Below are positions 28,905-37,804 of a stretch of DNA of 64,000 nt, piece by piece (the stretch's first letter is position 1; each line of letters begins with the position of its first letter). The stretch is from positions 3,296,001 through 3,360,000 of the forward strand of contig CAVXRD010000002.1 in assembly GCA_963764165.1 (NCBI GenBank), read 5' to 3'. The position numbers and the translations under genes were made by a program. This stretch comes from an uncultured Verrucomicrobiae bacterium (GTDB lineage Bacteria; Verrucomicrobiota; Verrucomicrobiia; Limisphaerales; Palsa-1400). The notes beneath the pieces are model-generated. The model was not told the DNA's origin, did not search any database, and was given only the letters and a program-made list of their open reading frames with translations.

Positions 28905-31130
28905 TCAACAGCAGCGGTTGACGCCGTCAAACCGCTTTTTTGCAACTTCCAAATATGCCTCGACTCGCGCGTCCTTCGCTTGTTGGCAATCACAGGACGA
29001 TTTTGCGGTGGCGCGATCAATGGCCGCATGCCCGGACCATTCCCGCAGCATGAGGAATCCAAAAAGCAACACCCCGGCAAAACCGCGCGGACGGGATTCT
29101 GCAACTTCGTAATCGGCCAGCCACGACGGCTCTGTTTCGCTCAATTTGGCGGCACGCTTTTGTGACAATAACAAAATCCACTCTCGAACACTGAAAACGA
29201 CAATCGCCAGGATCATGACGAGAAACAAAACCGTCACCGCAGCGTCAAGTAGAGAATTGAAGCGGATGCGCGGATTGGTGGTTGTGGCCGCCGCCGCCAG
29301 AAAGCCGATCTTCGGATCACTGTGCCAGATCTTTTCAACTGATGCCGCAACGGTGACCGTCAACAGCCAAAGCAACGGCCCCAGCGTGATCCACGCAAAA
29401 CCGAGGCGCCCGCGTTTCGGCTCGCGCAGTTGCATTTTCAAAATCACCGTGGTCGCGAGGCAAAGGGCAATGGCGGCGAGCAGTTGGTTGGCGATTCCGA
29501 AGAGCGGCCAAAGCGAATTAATCCCGCCCAGCGGATCGCGGACGCCTTGAATCAGAAACCAGCCCCAGCCCGACACAATGAGAAAGCTCGCCAGCCAGGC
29601 GGGACCGGTCTTTTTGGTTTCGCCGAGCGGCTTCCAAATTTGGCCGAGCAAATCCTGCAGCAAGTAACGGCCCACTCGAGTTCCCGCATCAATAGTAGTC
29701 AAGATGAATAACGCCTCGAACATGATGGCGAAGTGGTACCAAAGGTCCAAGCCGACTCCTCGGAAAACTTTGCCAAAGACCGTCGCCATTCCCACCGCCA
29801 GCGTCGGTGCGCCTCCCACCCGGCCAAACAGCGTTGTTTCGCCCATCGATGCCGCGAGCTGGTGCATTTGGCCCGCGTCCACGCTGTAACCGAGCGCGGA
29901 AACTTTGGCGATGGTATCGGCTTCGGGGCCTTTGATATTGAGGCTGAAATAAACTCCCGGGTCGAGCGAGCAGGCGGCAATCAACGCCATCATCGCCACC
30001 AGCGACTCCAGGCACATCGCGCCATAACCCACCGCCCGAGCATGCCCTTCGCGCGTCAGAATTTTTGGAGTGGTCCCGCTGGCAATCAGCGAATGAAATC
30101 CCGAGATCGCCCCGCAGGCGATGGTGATGAAACAAAACGGGAACAGCTTGCCTGCAAACACCGGCCCCTGCCCGGTCGAACCGAACGGAGTCAAACGCGG
30201 CATTTGCAAGCTCGGCAGCAGCACGACGATGCCGAGCGCCAGCAGGCAGATCGTCCCGATCTTCATGAAGGTGCTCAAATAATCGCGCGGCGCGAGCAGC
30301 AGCCAGATCGGCAAAATGCTGGCCGCAAATCCATAAACAATCATTCCCCACGCCAGTGGTTCGGCATGAATCGTCAGCGGGCCGGACCAGGCCGCATTCT
30401 TGTAAACAAGCTGCCCGCCCCACACGGCCAGCAGCAGCAGAACCACGCCAATCACCGTCGCTTCAAAAACCTTCCCCACTCGCCACGAACGCAAATAGCC
30501 GCCCATGAACAGCGCAATCGGAATCGTCGCGCCTACTGTAAAGACGCCCCACGGACTTTCCGCTAGCGTGTTGACCACGACCAGCGAAAGCACCGCCAGC
30601 AAGATGACGAGAATCGCAAGAATGGCGATCAGCGCGATAAATCCCGTCGCGGAATTCAATTCGTCTTTGACCATTTGCCCGAGCGAGCGACCGTCACGCC
30701 GCAATGAACAAAATAAAATGACGAAATCCTGCACCGCGCCGCCGAGGACGACGCCGATAAGGATCCAAAGGACGCTTGGCAGATAGCCAAATTGCGCGGC
30801 CAGCACCGGCCCCACCAACGGCCCCGGCCCGGAGATGGCCGCAAAATGATGGCCAAAGACAATCCACTTGTTCGTCTTGACGAAATCTCTTCCGTCATCA
30901 TGCACCATGCAAGGAGTCGCGCGCCGGTCGTCCAGCGCCAGCACGCGGGCCGCGATCCATTTCGAATAAAAGCGATAGCCAATGGCGTAAGTGCAAAGGG
31001 CGGCGGTGAGAATATAACCGGAGCTGATGCGTTCCTGATGAGGCAGAGCCAGTACAAGGAACGCCCATGCCCCGAGCAACGCCACCAGCGGCCACAAAAT
31101 CCAAACAACGACTTTCTTCACCGGTTGCAT
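28905..31130 (-). CDS. cstA: carbon starvation protein A (peptide/pyruvate transporter) with YbdD/YjiX-like C-terminal extension
   Basis: FGHHFAAISGPGPLVGP, LLAPRDYLS, IACGAISGFH, LWPLFGIANQ; ends ...RFDGVNRCC. ATG 31130 preferred. Confidence 0.93.
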   Translation of the reverse strand: MQPVKKVVVWILWPLVALLGAWAFLVLALPHQERISSGYILTAALCTYAIGYRFYSKWIAARVLALDDRRATPCMVHDDGRDFVKTNKWIVFGHHFAAISGPGPLVGPVLAAQFGYLPSVLWILIGVVLGGAVQDFVILFCSLRRDGRSLGQMVKDELNSATGFIALIAILAILVILLAVLSLVVVNTLAESPWGVFTVGATIPIALFMGGYLRSWRVGKVFEATVIGVVLLLLAVWGGQLVYKNAAWSGPLTIHAEPLAWGMIVYGFAASILPIWLLLAPRDYLSTFMKIGTICLLALGIVVLLPSLQMPRLTPFGSTGQGPVFAGKLFPFCFITIACGAISGFHSLIASGTTPKILTREGHARAVGYGAMCLESLVAMMALIAACSLDPGVYFSLNIKGPEADTIAKVSALGYSVDAGQMHQLAASMGETTLFGRVGGAPTLAVGMATVFGKVFRGVGLDLWYHFAIMFEALFILTTIDAGTRVGRYLLQDLLGQIWKPLGETKKTGPAWLASFLIVSGWGWFLIQGVRDPLGGINSLWPLFGIANQLLAAIALCLATTVILKMQLREPKRGRLGFAWITLGPLLWLLTVTVAASVEKIWHSDPKIGFLAAAATTTNPRIRFNSLLDAAVTVLFLVMILAIVVFSVREWILLLSQKRAAKLSETEPSWLADYEVAESRPRGFAGVLLFGFLMLREWSGHAAIDRATAKSSCDCQQAKDARVEAYLEVAKKRFDGVNRCC

Positions 31131-31412
31131 GATAGGAGGCGCCGCTGCGGATTCAACGCCGGATTGCCGAAAACCTGTTTTGGAGGGTGCAAACTGGGCG
31201 CAAAAAAACGTAGGTGAAATAGGGTGCAATAGAGTGCAACGACCCTGAGGCAAAATCGGCCCCGCCAGCCCCGGTTGGACCTCCGTCCTTGGTCCTAGTC
31301 TCTCAGTCTGGTCATAAACAGCCATGGGCGCACTTTGGCACGGATGTCGCCGCATTGAAAACCTACCAGAGTGTTTTCGGCACGATTTTTCGGAAAGAAA
31401 TGCTGATGATTG

Positions 31413-31743
31413 AATCTGGAACGACCGAACGCAGGAAAAAAGACCGAAGTCGGTTTCAAACGCATCGTCAATTCGTATCCGGTGCTGACCCGTCATGCTG
31501 GCCTCTTTTCCTGATTTCCAGACTTCCAGATCATATAGTCTCAAAAATGCCGCAACACCCTGCATCATTGAATATCTACGAGATAAAGTGCCAATAATGG
31601 TCGTGATGAGAATAGTGTCGATGGCGAGTCGATGCGGGACACCACAAAACAGGGCGCCTCTTTTCCTGATTTCGTGAGTTCCAGATGATATAATCTCAGA
31701 AAACCCGCTACACCCGCTACATTGTTGATTATCAACAAGATAA
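31413..31743. repeat. imperfect inverted repeat plus ~85-bp direct duplication at the left edge of the accessory region
   Basis: ATCTGGAA..CAGGAAAA (31413-31440) is inverted to TTTTCCTG..TTCCAGAT (31506-31531); 31501-31586 resembles 31656-31743. Confidence 0.6.
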
Positions 31744-31786
31744 ACCGCTACACTGGGCGCTACAGAGCCGCTACACGCCCGCTACA
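31706..31786 (+). repeat. six CGCTACA heptamers around a palindrome (iteron-like)
   Basis: Copies at 31706, 31715, 31746, 31758, 31769, 31780; TTGTTGAT-T-ATCAACAA at 31722-31738. Confidence 0.75.
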
Positions 31787-31892
31787 TTTCGGGCGAAGGG
31801 ATCCAGCTTCAACAAATTGTATGCCGGGTCCCCCGACCCGGCGTCCAGAGCGATCGCAGAGCCAGGAAAAGATGGAGTGACGTTCCGAACTC

Positions 31893-32078
31893 ATGCACCA
31901 CTTTGAAACGCAATTGCACAAACGCGAAGGCAAAGCCGTCTCCAGCTTTCAACGCACACCGCAGCCACCGAGTTCGATTTCGCTGAACAAACGCTCAATG
32001 ACCCATACAATTTCGATTTCCTCACCATCAGCAGCCACGCTCACGGGCGCGACTTCAAACAGGGCCTGCTCGGCCATG
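31893..32078 (+). pseudogene. internal fragment of a YhcG/DUF1016 PDDEXK-nuclease family gene, frameshifted
   Basis: MHHFETQLHKREGKAVSSFQRT, then in a shifted frame DFAEQTLNDPYNFDFLT....RDFKQGLL, matching the family's QGKAxxNF...LKDPYxFDFL motif. Confidence 0.75.
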
Positions 32079-32125
32079 GGATTCAACGCGCTTGCGCAAT
32101 TTAAGAAACTAAGGACAATACGGTC

Positions 32126-32335
32126 ATGAAGAATTACACCGCCGTGGTGGAACGCGACCCGGAGACGGGATTTCTTGTGGGCTATGTGCCAGGGTTCCCT
32201 GGCGCTCATTCTCAGGCGGAGTCGCTCGACGAACTCCAAGCCAACCTTCAGGAAGTGATTGGCATGCTGCTGGAGGACGGGGAACCGCTCTTGGAAGCCG
32301 AATTTGTCGGCACGCAGAGCATCGTTGTGGCCTGA
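32126..32335 (+). CDS. hicB: short HicB-family antitoxin
   Basis: YTAVVERDPETGFLVGYVPGFPGAHSQAESLDELQANLQEVI. Confidence 0.88.
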   Translation: MKNYTAVVERDPETGFLVGYVPGFPGAHSQAESLDELQANLQEVIGMLLEDGEPLLEAEFVGTQSIVVA

Positions 32336-32337
32336 CT

Positions 32338-32562
32338 ATGGGCTCCGTGCCGGTTCTCAAGCCCATCGAGGTATGCCGCTTGCTCGAAAGGCTGGGATTC
32401 GCCTCTGTGCGCCAGCGCGGTTCGCATATCCAGTATCGCCACGCCGACGGGCGTGGCACAACCGTGCCAATGCACAAAGGCCGTGATATTGCCCCATCCC
32501 TGTTACGGAAGATCGCCCGCGACATTGGTTTGACGGTCGAGGAACTTTTGCTGAACCGTTGA
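32338..32562 (+). CDS. hicA: HicA-family mRNA interferase
   Basis: LERLGFASVRQRGSHIQYRH.DGR.TTVPMH.GRDI...LLRKI. Confidence 0.92.
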   Translation: MGSVPVLKPIEVCRLLERLGFASVRQRGSHIQYRHADGRGTTVPMHKGRDIAPSLLRKIARDIGLTVEELLLNR

Positions 32563-33268
32563 TCGCGCCCACTCATACTTTCACCTCCACGGTAACGCGG
32601 AGCCGCCACAAAACCATCCTCCAAACGACGCTAGGGTGCCTATCTCCATAGTAGCTTCGCTTCGGATGAGAAAGACTTCGCCGAACCCAAATATTGCCCT
32701 GTCCCAATGCCCCGCGTGAAAGCACTCAGCCTACAGACTCAAGCTTCAATAAATTGTAGGCCGGCCCTCCCCCGACGCAGCGTCCAGGGGGATCGCAAAG
32801 TCAGCGGCAGATGGAGTCACGTTTCGAACCGTTTGCGAAAAACAAAAAGTGCAAAAAGTGACACAGGAATACAACCGTGCCAATGCACAAAGGCCGTGAT
32901 ATTGCCCCATCGCTGTTGCGGAAGATCGCCCGCGACATTGGTATGACGGTCGAGGAACTTCTGTTGAACCGTTGATCGCGCCCACTCATACTTTTTGCCT
33001 CGACGGCAATGTGGAGCCGTCACAAAACCACCCCCAACACCCGACGGGTGATGGCACGCAGCCTACACGTTCCAGCTTCAACAAATTGTAGGCCGGGTCC
33101 CCCGCCCCGGCGTCCAGCGGAATCGCAGAGTCAGCGACTGACGGATCCACGTGTCGAACATTTGCGAAAAAGAAAAAGTGCAAAAAAGTGGGAACGCGAA
33201 TGGCGCTTACGCAAAGTTGGCCAGAAAGACTTGAAACTTGCATGGGTGGATGCGATTGTTTGCATTGT

Positions 33269-33691
33269 ATGTCAGCGATGACTAAAGATGAGAGCGTCAC
33301 TCTCCGTTTGACAAAACCTGAGAAGGCGGATTTGGAAGCGGCCGCGACTTTGACGGGCCAACCGCCGGGTACTTTGGCGGCTATTTACGTCAAAGAGGGT
33401 GTAAAACGTTCGCGTTTCCCCGTTGTCGAGTTTCGCGACGGCGCTCCGGGCCGGGTGGCTTACGTAACCGGCACGAGGTGGCCGGTCTGGATGGTCGTGG
33501 ATTTGGTCAAAGATCTGGGCGGGAACACGACGAAGGCGGCTCAGCGAATGGACAAACCCGAACCGGTCGTCAAGATGGCACTGGCCTACGCGGAGGCCTA
33601 CTCGGAGGAGATCGCCGCGAGCCTGACACTGCACAAGCACCGGGACTTCGAGGGGCTTAAAGCTGTTTCGCCCAACCTTGAGAAGGTGTGA
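33269..33691 (+). CDS. DUF433-type antitoxin with N-terminal RHH-like segment
   Basis: VTLRL N-terminus; FRDGAPGRVAYVTGTRWPVWMVV...ALAYAEAYSEEI; GTGA overlap with a PIN-like gene. Confidence 0.8.
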   Translation: MSAMTKDESVTLRLTKPEKADLEAAATLTGQPPGTLAAIYVKEGVKRSRFPVVEFRDGAPGRVAYVTGTRWPVWMVVDLVKDLGGNTTKAAQRMDKPEPVVKMALAYAEAYSEEIAASLTLHKHRDFEGLKAVSPNLEKV

Positions 33692-34041
33692 GGCTGCTGC
33701 TGGACGAGCACATCCCTCGCGAAGCAGCCGAGGCGCTCCAAAGAAAGTTTCCGGCATTGGAGGCGGTTTCCATTTACGATACGTCCTGGCGGGGGCTGCC
33801 AGACCCGCCGCTGCTCGAAACGCTTGATCGCGAAGGCTGGATCCTTGTCAGCCGCGATGTGAATACGATCCCGGAATTCGTCAAGGCTCGTTTGGCGGCA
33901 GGTTTCACTCATGGCGGAGTGATTTACGCCGACAGCAAGCGACTCCGCCAATCGGATGTGCGCGGCCTGATTCGGAAGCTCATCGCCTTCGTCGAAAAAC
34001 ACGCAGATGAAGATTGGACCTGTCGCGAGGGCTGGCTTTAG
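33688..34041 (+). CDS. DUF5615 PIN-like toxin
   Basis: MRLLLDEHI, GLPDPPLL, ILVSRD, HGGVI. Confidence 0.85.
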   Translation: MRLLLDEHIPREAAEALQRKFPALEAVSIYDTSWRGLPDPPLLETLDREGWILVSRDVNTIPEFVKARLAAGFTHGGVIYADSKRLRQSDVRGLIRKLIAFVEKHADEDWTCREGWL

Positions 34042-34620
34042 GTAGGTTCAGGCAGGATATTGCCCATCGCTGTTACGGAAGATCGCCCGCGACATTGGTT
34101 TGAAGGTCGAGGAACTTTCGCTGAATCGTTGATCGAGCCCGCTCATTCTTTCACCTCGCCGACAACGCGGAGCCATCACAAAACCACCCGCCAAAAATAA
34201 CGGTAGGGTGAGGCTCAGCCGAACCCAAATATGCCATGCCCCAACGCCTGCCGCGCGAGGGCACTCAGCCTACGGGCTCCAGCCTCAACAAATTGTAGGC
34301 CGGGTCCCCCGACCCGGCGTTCAGGGGAATCACAGAGTCAGCGGCGGATGGAGTCATGTATCGAACCATTTGCAAAAAGCGAGTGACACCTGCCCCCCAA
34401 AACAGAGCGCGAGCGAAATAACCACTTGGGGGGCGAATGTTAATGCAGCATTCCATTTGGCACATAAGCCGCTTGAACATCGACACCTCGGGCATCGCAA
34501 TAGTCGCTATCATTCGTCTCATTTTATTACCGAATTAAATCCAGTTTCATTTCACCAACAGCAACCTCCGTCGAGCCGCAGAGCGTAAAGTTTTCCTGAC
34601 ACCAAGTCTGGTTATTTGAT

Positions 34621-35077
34621 TCATCGATCACGCCCTGCGACAAATGCAAAATATCCGATATAATTCGTTCGTTTATCAAAGAAGATTGATAACGATCCGT
34701 TGCCTTCGGACGCCTCAGAAACACCAACAACCTCACATTGATCCGCCGCCGATAATCTTTCCAAAATGTCCGTTGGGCGGGCTCGTACGTTACCGCTTAC
34801 GGTTGCGAAAATCGGTTGCAAGGGTCTGTAACGAATCAATTTCGGCCTGCCTTAGAAAATGTCTTTCGTTCAGTTTCCACTGCTGCAACTGCCAGTGGCC
34901 CATTTTCCCATACATTGCAACAAGTTTTTGAGCCACGTCCTCCTGAGAGGAATTTAGGGGAACGTCATTTAACACGTTTACGACATTTCTCACGCTAGGC
35001 ATGCATCCACCTGCTGTTCCAGACAGCAAGACTACAATCAGAAGTTTTCTTAACGCGGTTCGTATCGTAGCGTACAT
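34621..35077 (-). pseudogene. putative immunity-type lipoprotein, possibly frameshifted
   Basis: ATG 35077 lies 4 nt after the upstream stop; signal/lipobox-like LLIVVLLSGTAGGC; stops at 34790 with a plausible continuation in the 34621-34839 frame; AT-rich. Confidence 0.4.
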
Positions 35078-35081
35078 AAAT

Positions 35082-35591
35082 CTAGTGCTGCAAAAAGGCT
35101 CCAGCGGCCCCATCCCAAGTACTACCAAATCCCGGTTGCGGATGTCGGGCCCCATTCCAAGTAGACGTGACATCCAAATTCGGGTTTGAAAATAGCAACC
35201 ACTGTGTCGCCCTGGAAATCGTGCTCGTAAACTCACCAAAGAACCAATAACTTGGGCTCAAATTAAGACTCATATTGGCAACATTATTATAGTATCCCAC
35301 TGCCGGCCCCCGTGCCGAGAAATTCTGATACACGCCGATACCGTAATACCCTAAATACCTGGAGCCCTCCAAACCCCTAAGGACGCCCCCACTATGATCC
35401 AGTTGATCGATGGTACTGTCTCCATAAACTATATCAGCGACTTGGGAAGCATATTCTAACCCCGGCGCCGTGTCTCCCAAAAACGCCTCTGCAAATACCT
35501 CCATAATACTGGCACCTACATACGGCGCCGAAACCTGATCGGACAATCCCAGCGCATTTCCGGCGCGGTTATCAAGCGCGAGTGTCAGTCC
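35082..35591 (-). pseudogene. 5'-truncated fragment, possibly a polymorphic-toxin (Rhs-like) C-terminal domain
   Basis: Frame is open from inside the repeat motif (35591) with no ATG at its 5' end; DHSGG resembles a hydrolase nucleophile elbow; low GC; followed by a lipoprotein-like gene. Confidence 0.4.
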
Positions 35592-35925
35592 TCACCTTTT
35601 GCACTTTTTGCTTTTCTGCTCTTATCCGTTGTCCGGTGGCCCGGGAACCCTAGTCCAAACGCCCGCCGGTGGATGGCTAACCGCTACCGCGAAATCTGCT
35701 GGACCTCGCCCACCGACGGCACCATCTGCAGGACAATGACATCTCGAGGGCATTCGGTGCGGAGGGTCGTGGGCTGCAAGTTTGTGAAGGTGGTCAAATC
35801 GAGCACGACACGGTGTTCCTTTTGGCTCGGCTGGAACAATGCCGGATCCCTGCCGACGGCGGTGACCACAACTTCCTCAGGACTGAGACTGAACGAATGG
35901 GTCTCCCCTTCGGCGAATTTTGTCG
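35581..35925 (-). pseudogene. diverged duplicate of the ybbR 3' half and its downstream flank
   Basis: Aligns by eye to 36729-37386 once the MITE is removed; encodes VGRDPALFQPSQKE.RVVLDLTTFTNLQPTTL...VQQISR with an in-frame 6-bp deletion. Confidence 0.9.
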
Positions 35926-36050
35926 ATTCGGTGTTAGACCTTCACTTTTTGCACTTTTGTTTTTCGCAAAGATTCGACACATGGCTCCAATTGCCCATTT
36001 CCTCGATGGCGCGTTGAATCCAGAAAGCTTTATATGACAGCGCATCCAAT

Positions 36051-36467
36051 TCAATGCAGCAGTTCCACCAGACCCGTTTCATCCGCAAAGCTTTTTGCCA
36101 GCGGTTCATCGAGAGTTGCCAGACTGAATCGATGTTGCCGGGCGAGCGCAACAAGATAGCGGTCGGTGATCTGATTTGCGCCAGCCATCAGTTCCGTTCG
36201 CACGGCGCGGTCGGTGCAGCTCAAGTCGTCGGAAATGAATTCATGGCGCGGGTCACTGATGAATTGGCGGAGAACGCCAAACGCCAGTTCGGGCGTCAAG
36301 CCGTAACCGAGCAGGGGATGCGAGGAGACGCGCGCAAAACCAAGCTGGACAACCGGGCAGGTCGCAAAGGCGGAAACGCCCCTGAACCACGAACGGGCCC
36401 GGGAGTGATGCTCGTGATTTTCCCAAAGCAACGCCATGAGCAAATTGACATCAAGCAATCGGGTCAC
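36051..36467 (-). CDS. vapC: VapC-type PIN domain toxin
   Basis: LLDVNLLMAL, TCPVVQLGFARV, QITDRYLVALA, LATLD. Confidence 0.9.
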   Translation of the reverse strand: MTRLLDVNLLMALLWENHEHHSRARSWFRGVSAFATCPVVQLGFARVSSHPLLGYGLTPELAFGVLRQFISDPRHEFISDDLSCTDRAVRTELMAGANQITDRYLVALARQHRFSLATLDEPLAKSFADETGLVELLH

Positions 36468-36673
36468 GGGGTCCGGCTTTCAATCTCGTGAACAAGTTGC
36501 GAAGTGATGGTTCGGCCGTCGGCGCGGATGACGGGCAAACCGTCCCCTTCGGTGCCAACGGAAAAATGGTGGCGCGTCATTGAACTGCCGTTTTCTGCGA
36601 TAAACTGCGCGACTCGCGCCTGTTCGTTCGCGGACAATTCTTTGATTCGCTCAATGATTTCAACGGCACTCAT
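36464..36673 (-). CDS. putative antitoxin of the PIN toxin
   Basis: 69 aa, 4-nt overlap with vapC; DGLPVI...TITSQLV resembles VapB C-termini. Confidence 0.7.
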   Translation of the reverse strand: MSAVEIIERIKELSANEQARVAQFIAENGSSMTRHHFSVGTEGDGLPVIRADGRTITSQLVHEIESRTP

Positions 36674-36800
36674 GGGTTAATTGTCCGGAAAAATTCATTT
36701 TTGGCAAGCGCATTGCCCTTCGCACGCAAGTGTCGGCCATTACTTTTTGCACTTTTGCTTTCCTGCTCTTATCCGTCGTCCGGTGACCCGGGAACCCTAG

Positions 36801-37104
36801 TGTAGTGTCTCTTAAATAACTGGAGATTCGTTGCGCCGCCTTTGGCCTGTGGCTAGCAGCCCGCCTGGGGCGGGCAGCGCATCTCTGTTCTGACTCGACG
36901 AAGGAGCATCCCCTCATGGGGCTGTGACTGAGGAGCAACGACGCCACAGGCCAAAGGCAGCGCAACCCGCAGGGCGGCAGGTCTTTTTGACGCAGGCCAC
37001 GTTGCTCGCTCCTCACAGATCCTTTGGGATATGCTCGTCGTTCGCGCCTTGCCTGCGTCAAAAATCCCTTGCCGCGAATCTCCAGCTATTTAAGAGACAC
37101 TACA
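36801..37104. mobile_element. MITE 1 (304 bp), CTAG target duplication
   Basis: 30-bp terminal IR TGTAGTGTCTCTTAAATA(A/G)CTGGAGATTCG (29/30); CTAG at 36797 and 37105; empty site at 35650. Confidence 0.92.
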
Positions 37105-37138
37105 CTAGCGCAAACGCCCGCCGGTGGATGGCCATCCG

Positions 37139-37525
37139 CTACCGCGAAATCTGCTGGACCTCAACCACCGACGGCACCATTTGCAAGACAATGACATCTC
37201 GAGGGCATTCGGCGCGGAGGCGAAGGGTCGTGGGCTGCAAGTTCGTGAAGGTTGTCAAATCGAGCACGACACGGACTTCTTTTTGGCTCGGCTGGAACAA
37301 CGCCGGATCCCTGCCGACAACAGTGACGACAACTTCCTCGGGACTGAAACTAAACGAGCGAGTCTCGCCTTCGGCGAATTTTGTCGTGATGGGCACGCGA
37401 ATGTAGGCGGGCGTGAGCGAGTTAGACTCGTCGTGGATGCTGTAATGAATCAACATCCAGATCACTGTCGCCAGCGTGATCGAGAACAGCTTCAGCCAAA
37501 AATTGCGGAGAATCAGGTCGCGCAT
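37139..37525 (-). CDS. ybbR: short YbbR/CdaR-like protein
   Basis: LRNFWLKLFSITLATVIW N-terminus, PEEVVVTVVG; immediately downstream of dacA. Confidence 0.75.
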   Translation of the reverse strand: MRDLILRNFWLKLFSITLATVIWMLIHYSIHDESNSLTPAYIRVPITTKFAEGETRSFSFSPEEVVVTVVGRDPALFQPSQKEVRVVLDLTTFTNLQPTTLRLRAECPRDVIVLQMVPSVVEVQQISR

Positions 37526-37534
37526 AGCAGCGAG

Positions 37535-37804
37535 TACTGTGACAAAGAAATTTCGACACGCGCGTTGCGCCGATTTTGGCTTGGGGCAAGGCGCGAGGAG
37601 CGAGCATACCCTTCATGGGTCTGTGAGCGACGAGCAACGCGGCCCCAAGCCAAAATCGGCGCAACCCTCCGGGCGGCAGGTCTTTTTGGGCCAGACTTCG
37701 TTGCTCGCTCCGTGCAGATCCATGAAGGATATGCCCGTCGCTCGCGCCTCGTCTGGCCCAAAAATCCCTTGCCGCGCATGTATCGAAATTTCTTTGTCAC
37801 AGTA
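37535..37804. mobile_element. MITE 2 (270 bp)
   Basis: Perfect 22-bp terminal IR TACTGTGACAAAGAAATTTCGA; same internal architecture as MITE 1; abuts the dacA stop codon. Confidence 0.85.

Larger units (their letters stand above)
32458..34390 (+). repeat. three diverged direct copies of the hicA 3' end plus downstream REP and motif block
   Basis: Copies at 32458-32860, 32871-33190 and 34056-34390; a partial copy without the hicA part at 31803-31890. Confidence 0.9.

Noticed and set aside
28905..28907. Selenocysteine readthrough at the cstA TGA after RCC
   Set aside because: Both terminal Cys are ordinary codons, I saw no SECIS-like hairpin, and nadD starts 16 nt downstream.
31131..31568. 146-aa N-terminal extension of cstA in the ORF track
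   Set aside because: It runs through promoter and repeat sequence with no CstA-like character; ATG 31130 fits better.
31803..34390. CRISPR array or integron attC array
   Set aside because: Repeats are 90-400 bp, diverged, irregularly spaced and include gene ends; no cas or intI gene and no clear RYYYAAC/GTTRRRY pairs.
36801..37804. MITEs as c-di-AMP riboswitches because they flank dacA-ybbR
   Set aside because: Terminal IRs, a target duplication and an empty site indicate mobile DNA; they lie downstream of dacA and I saw no ydaO consensus.
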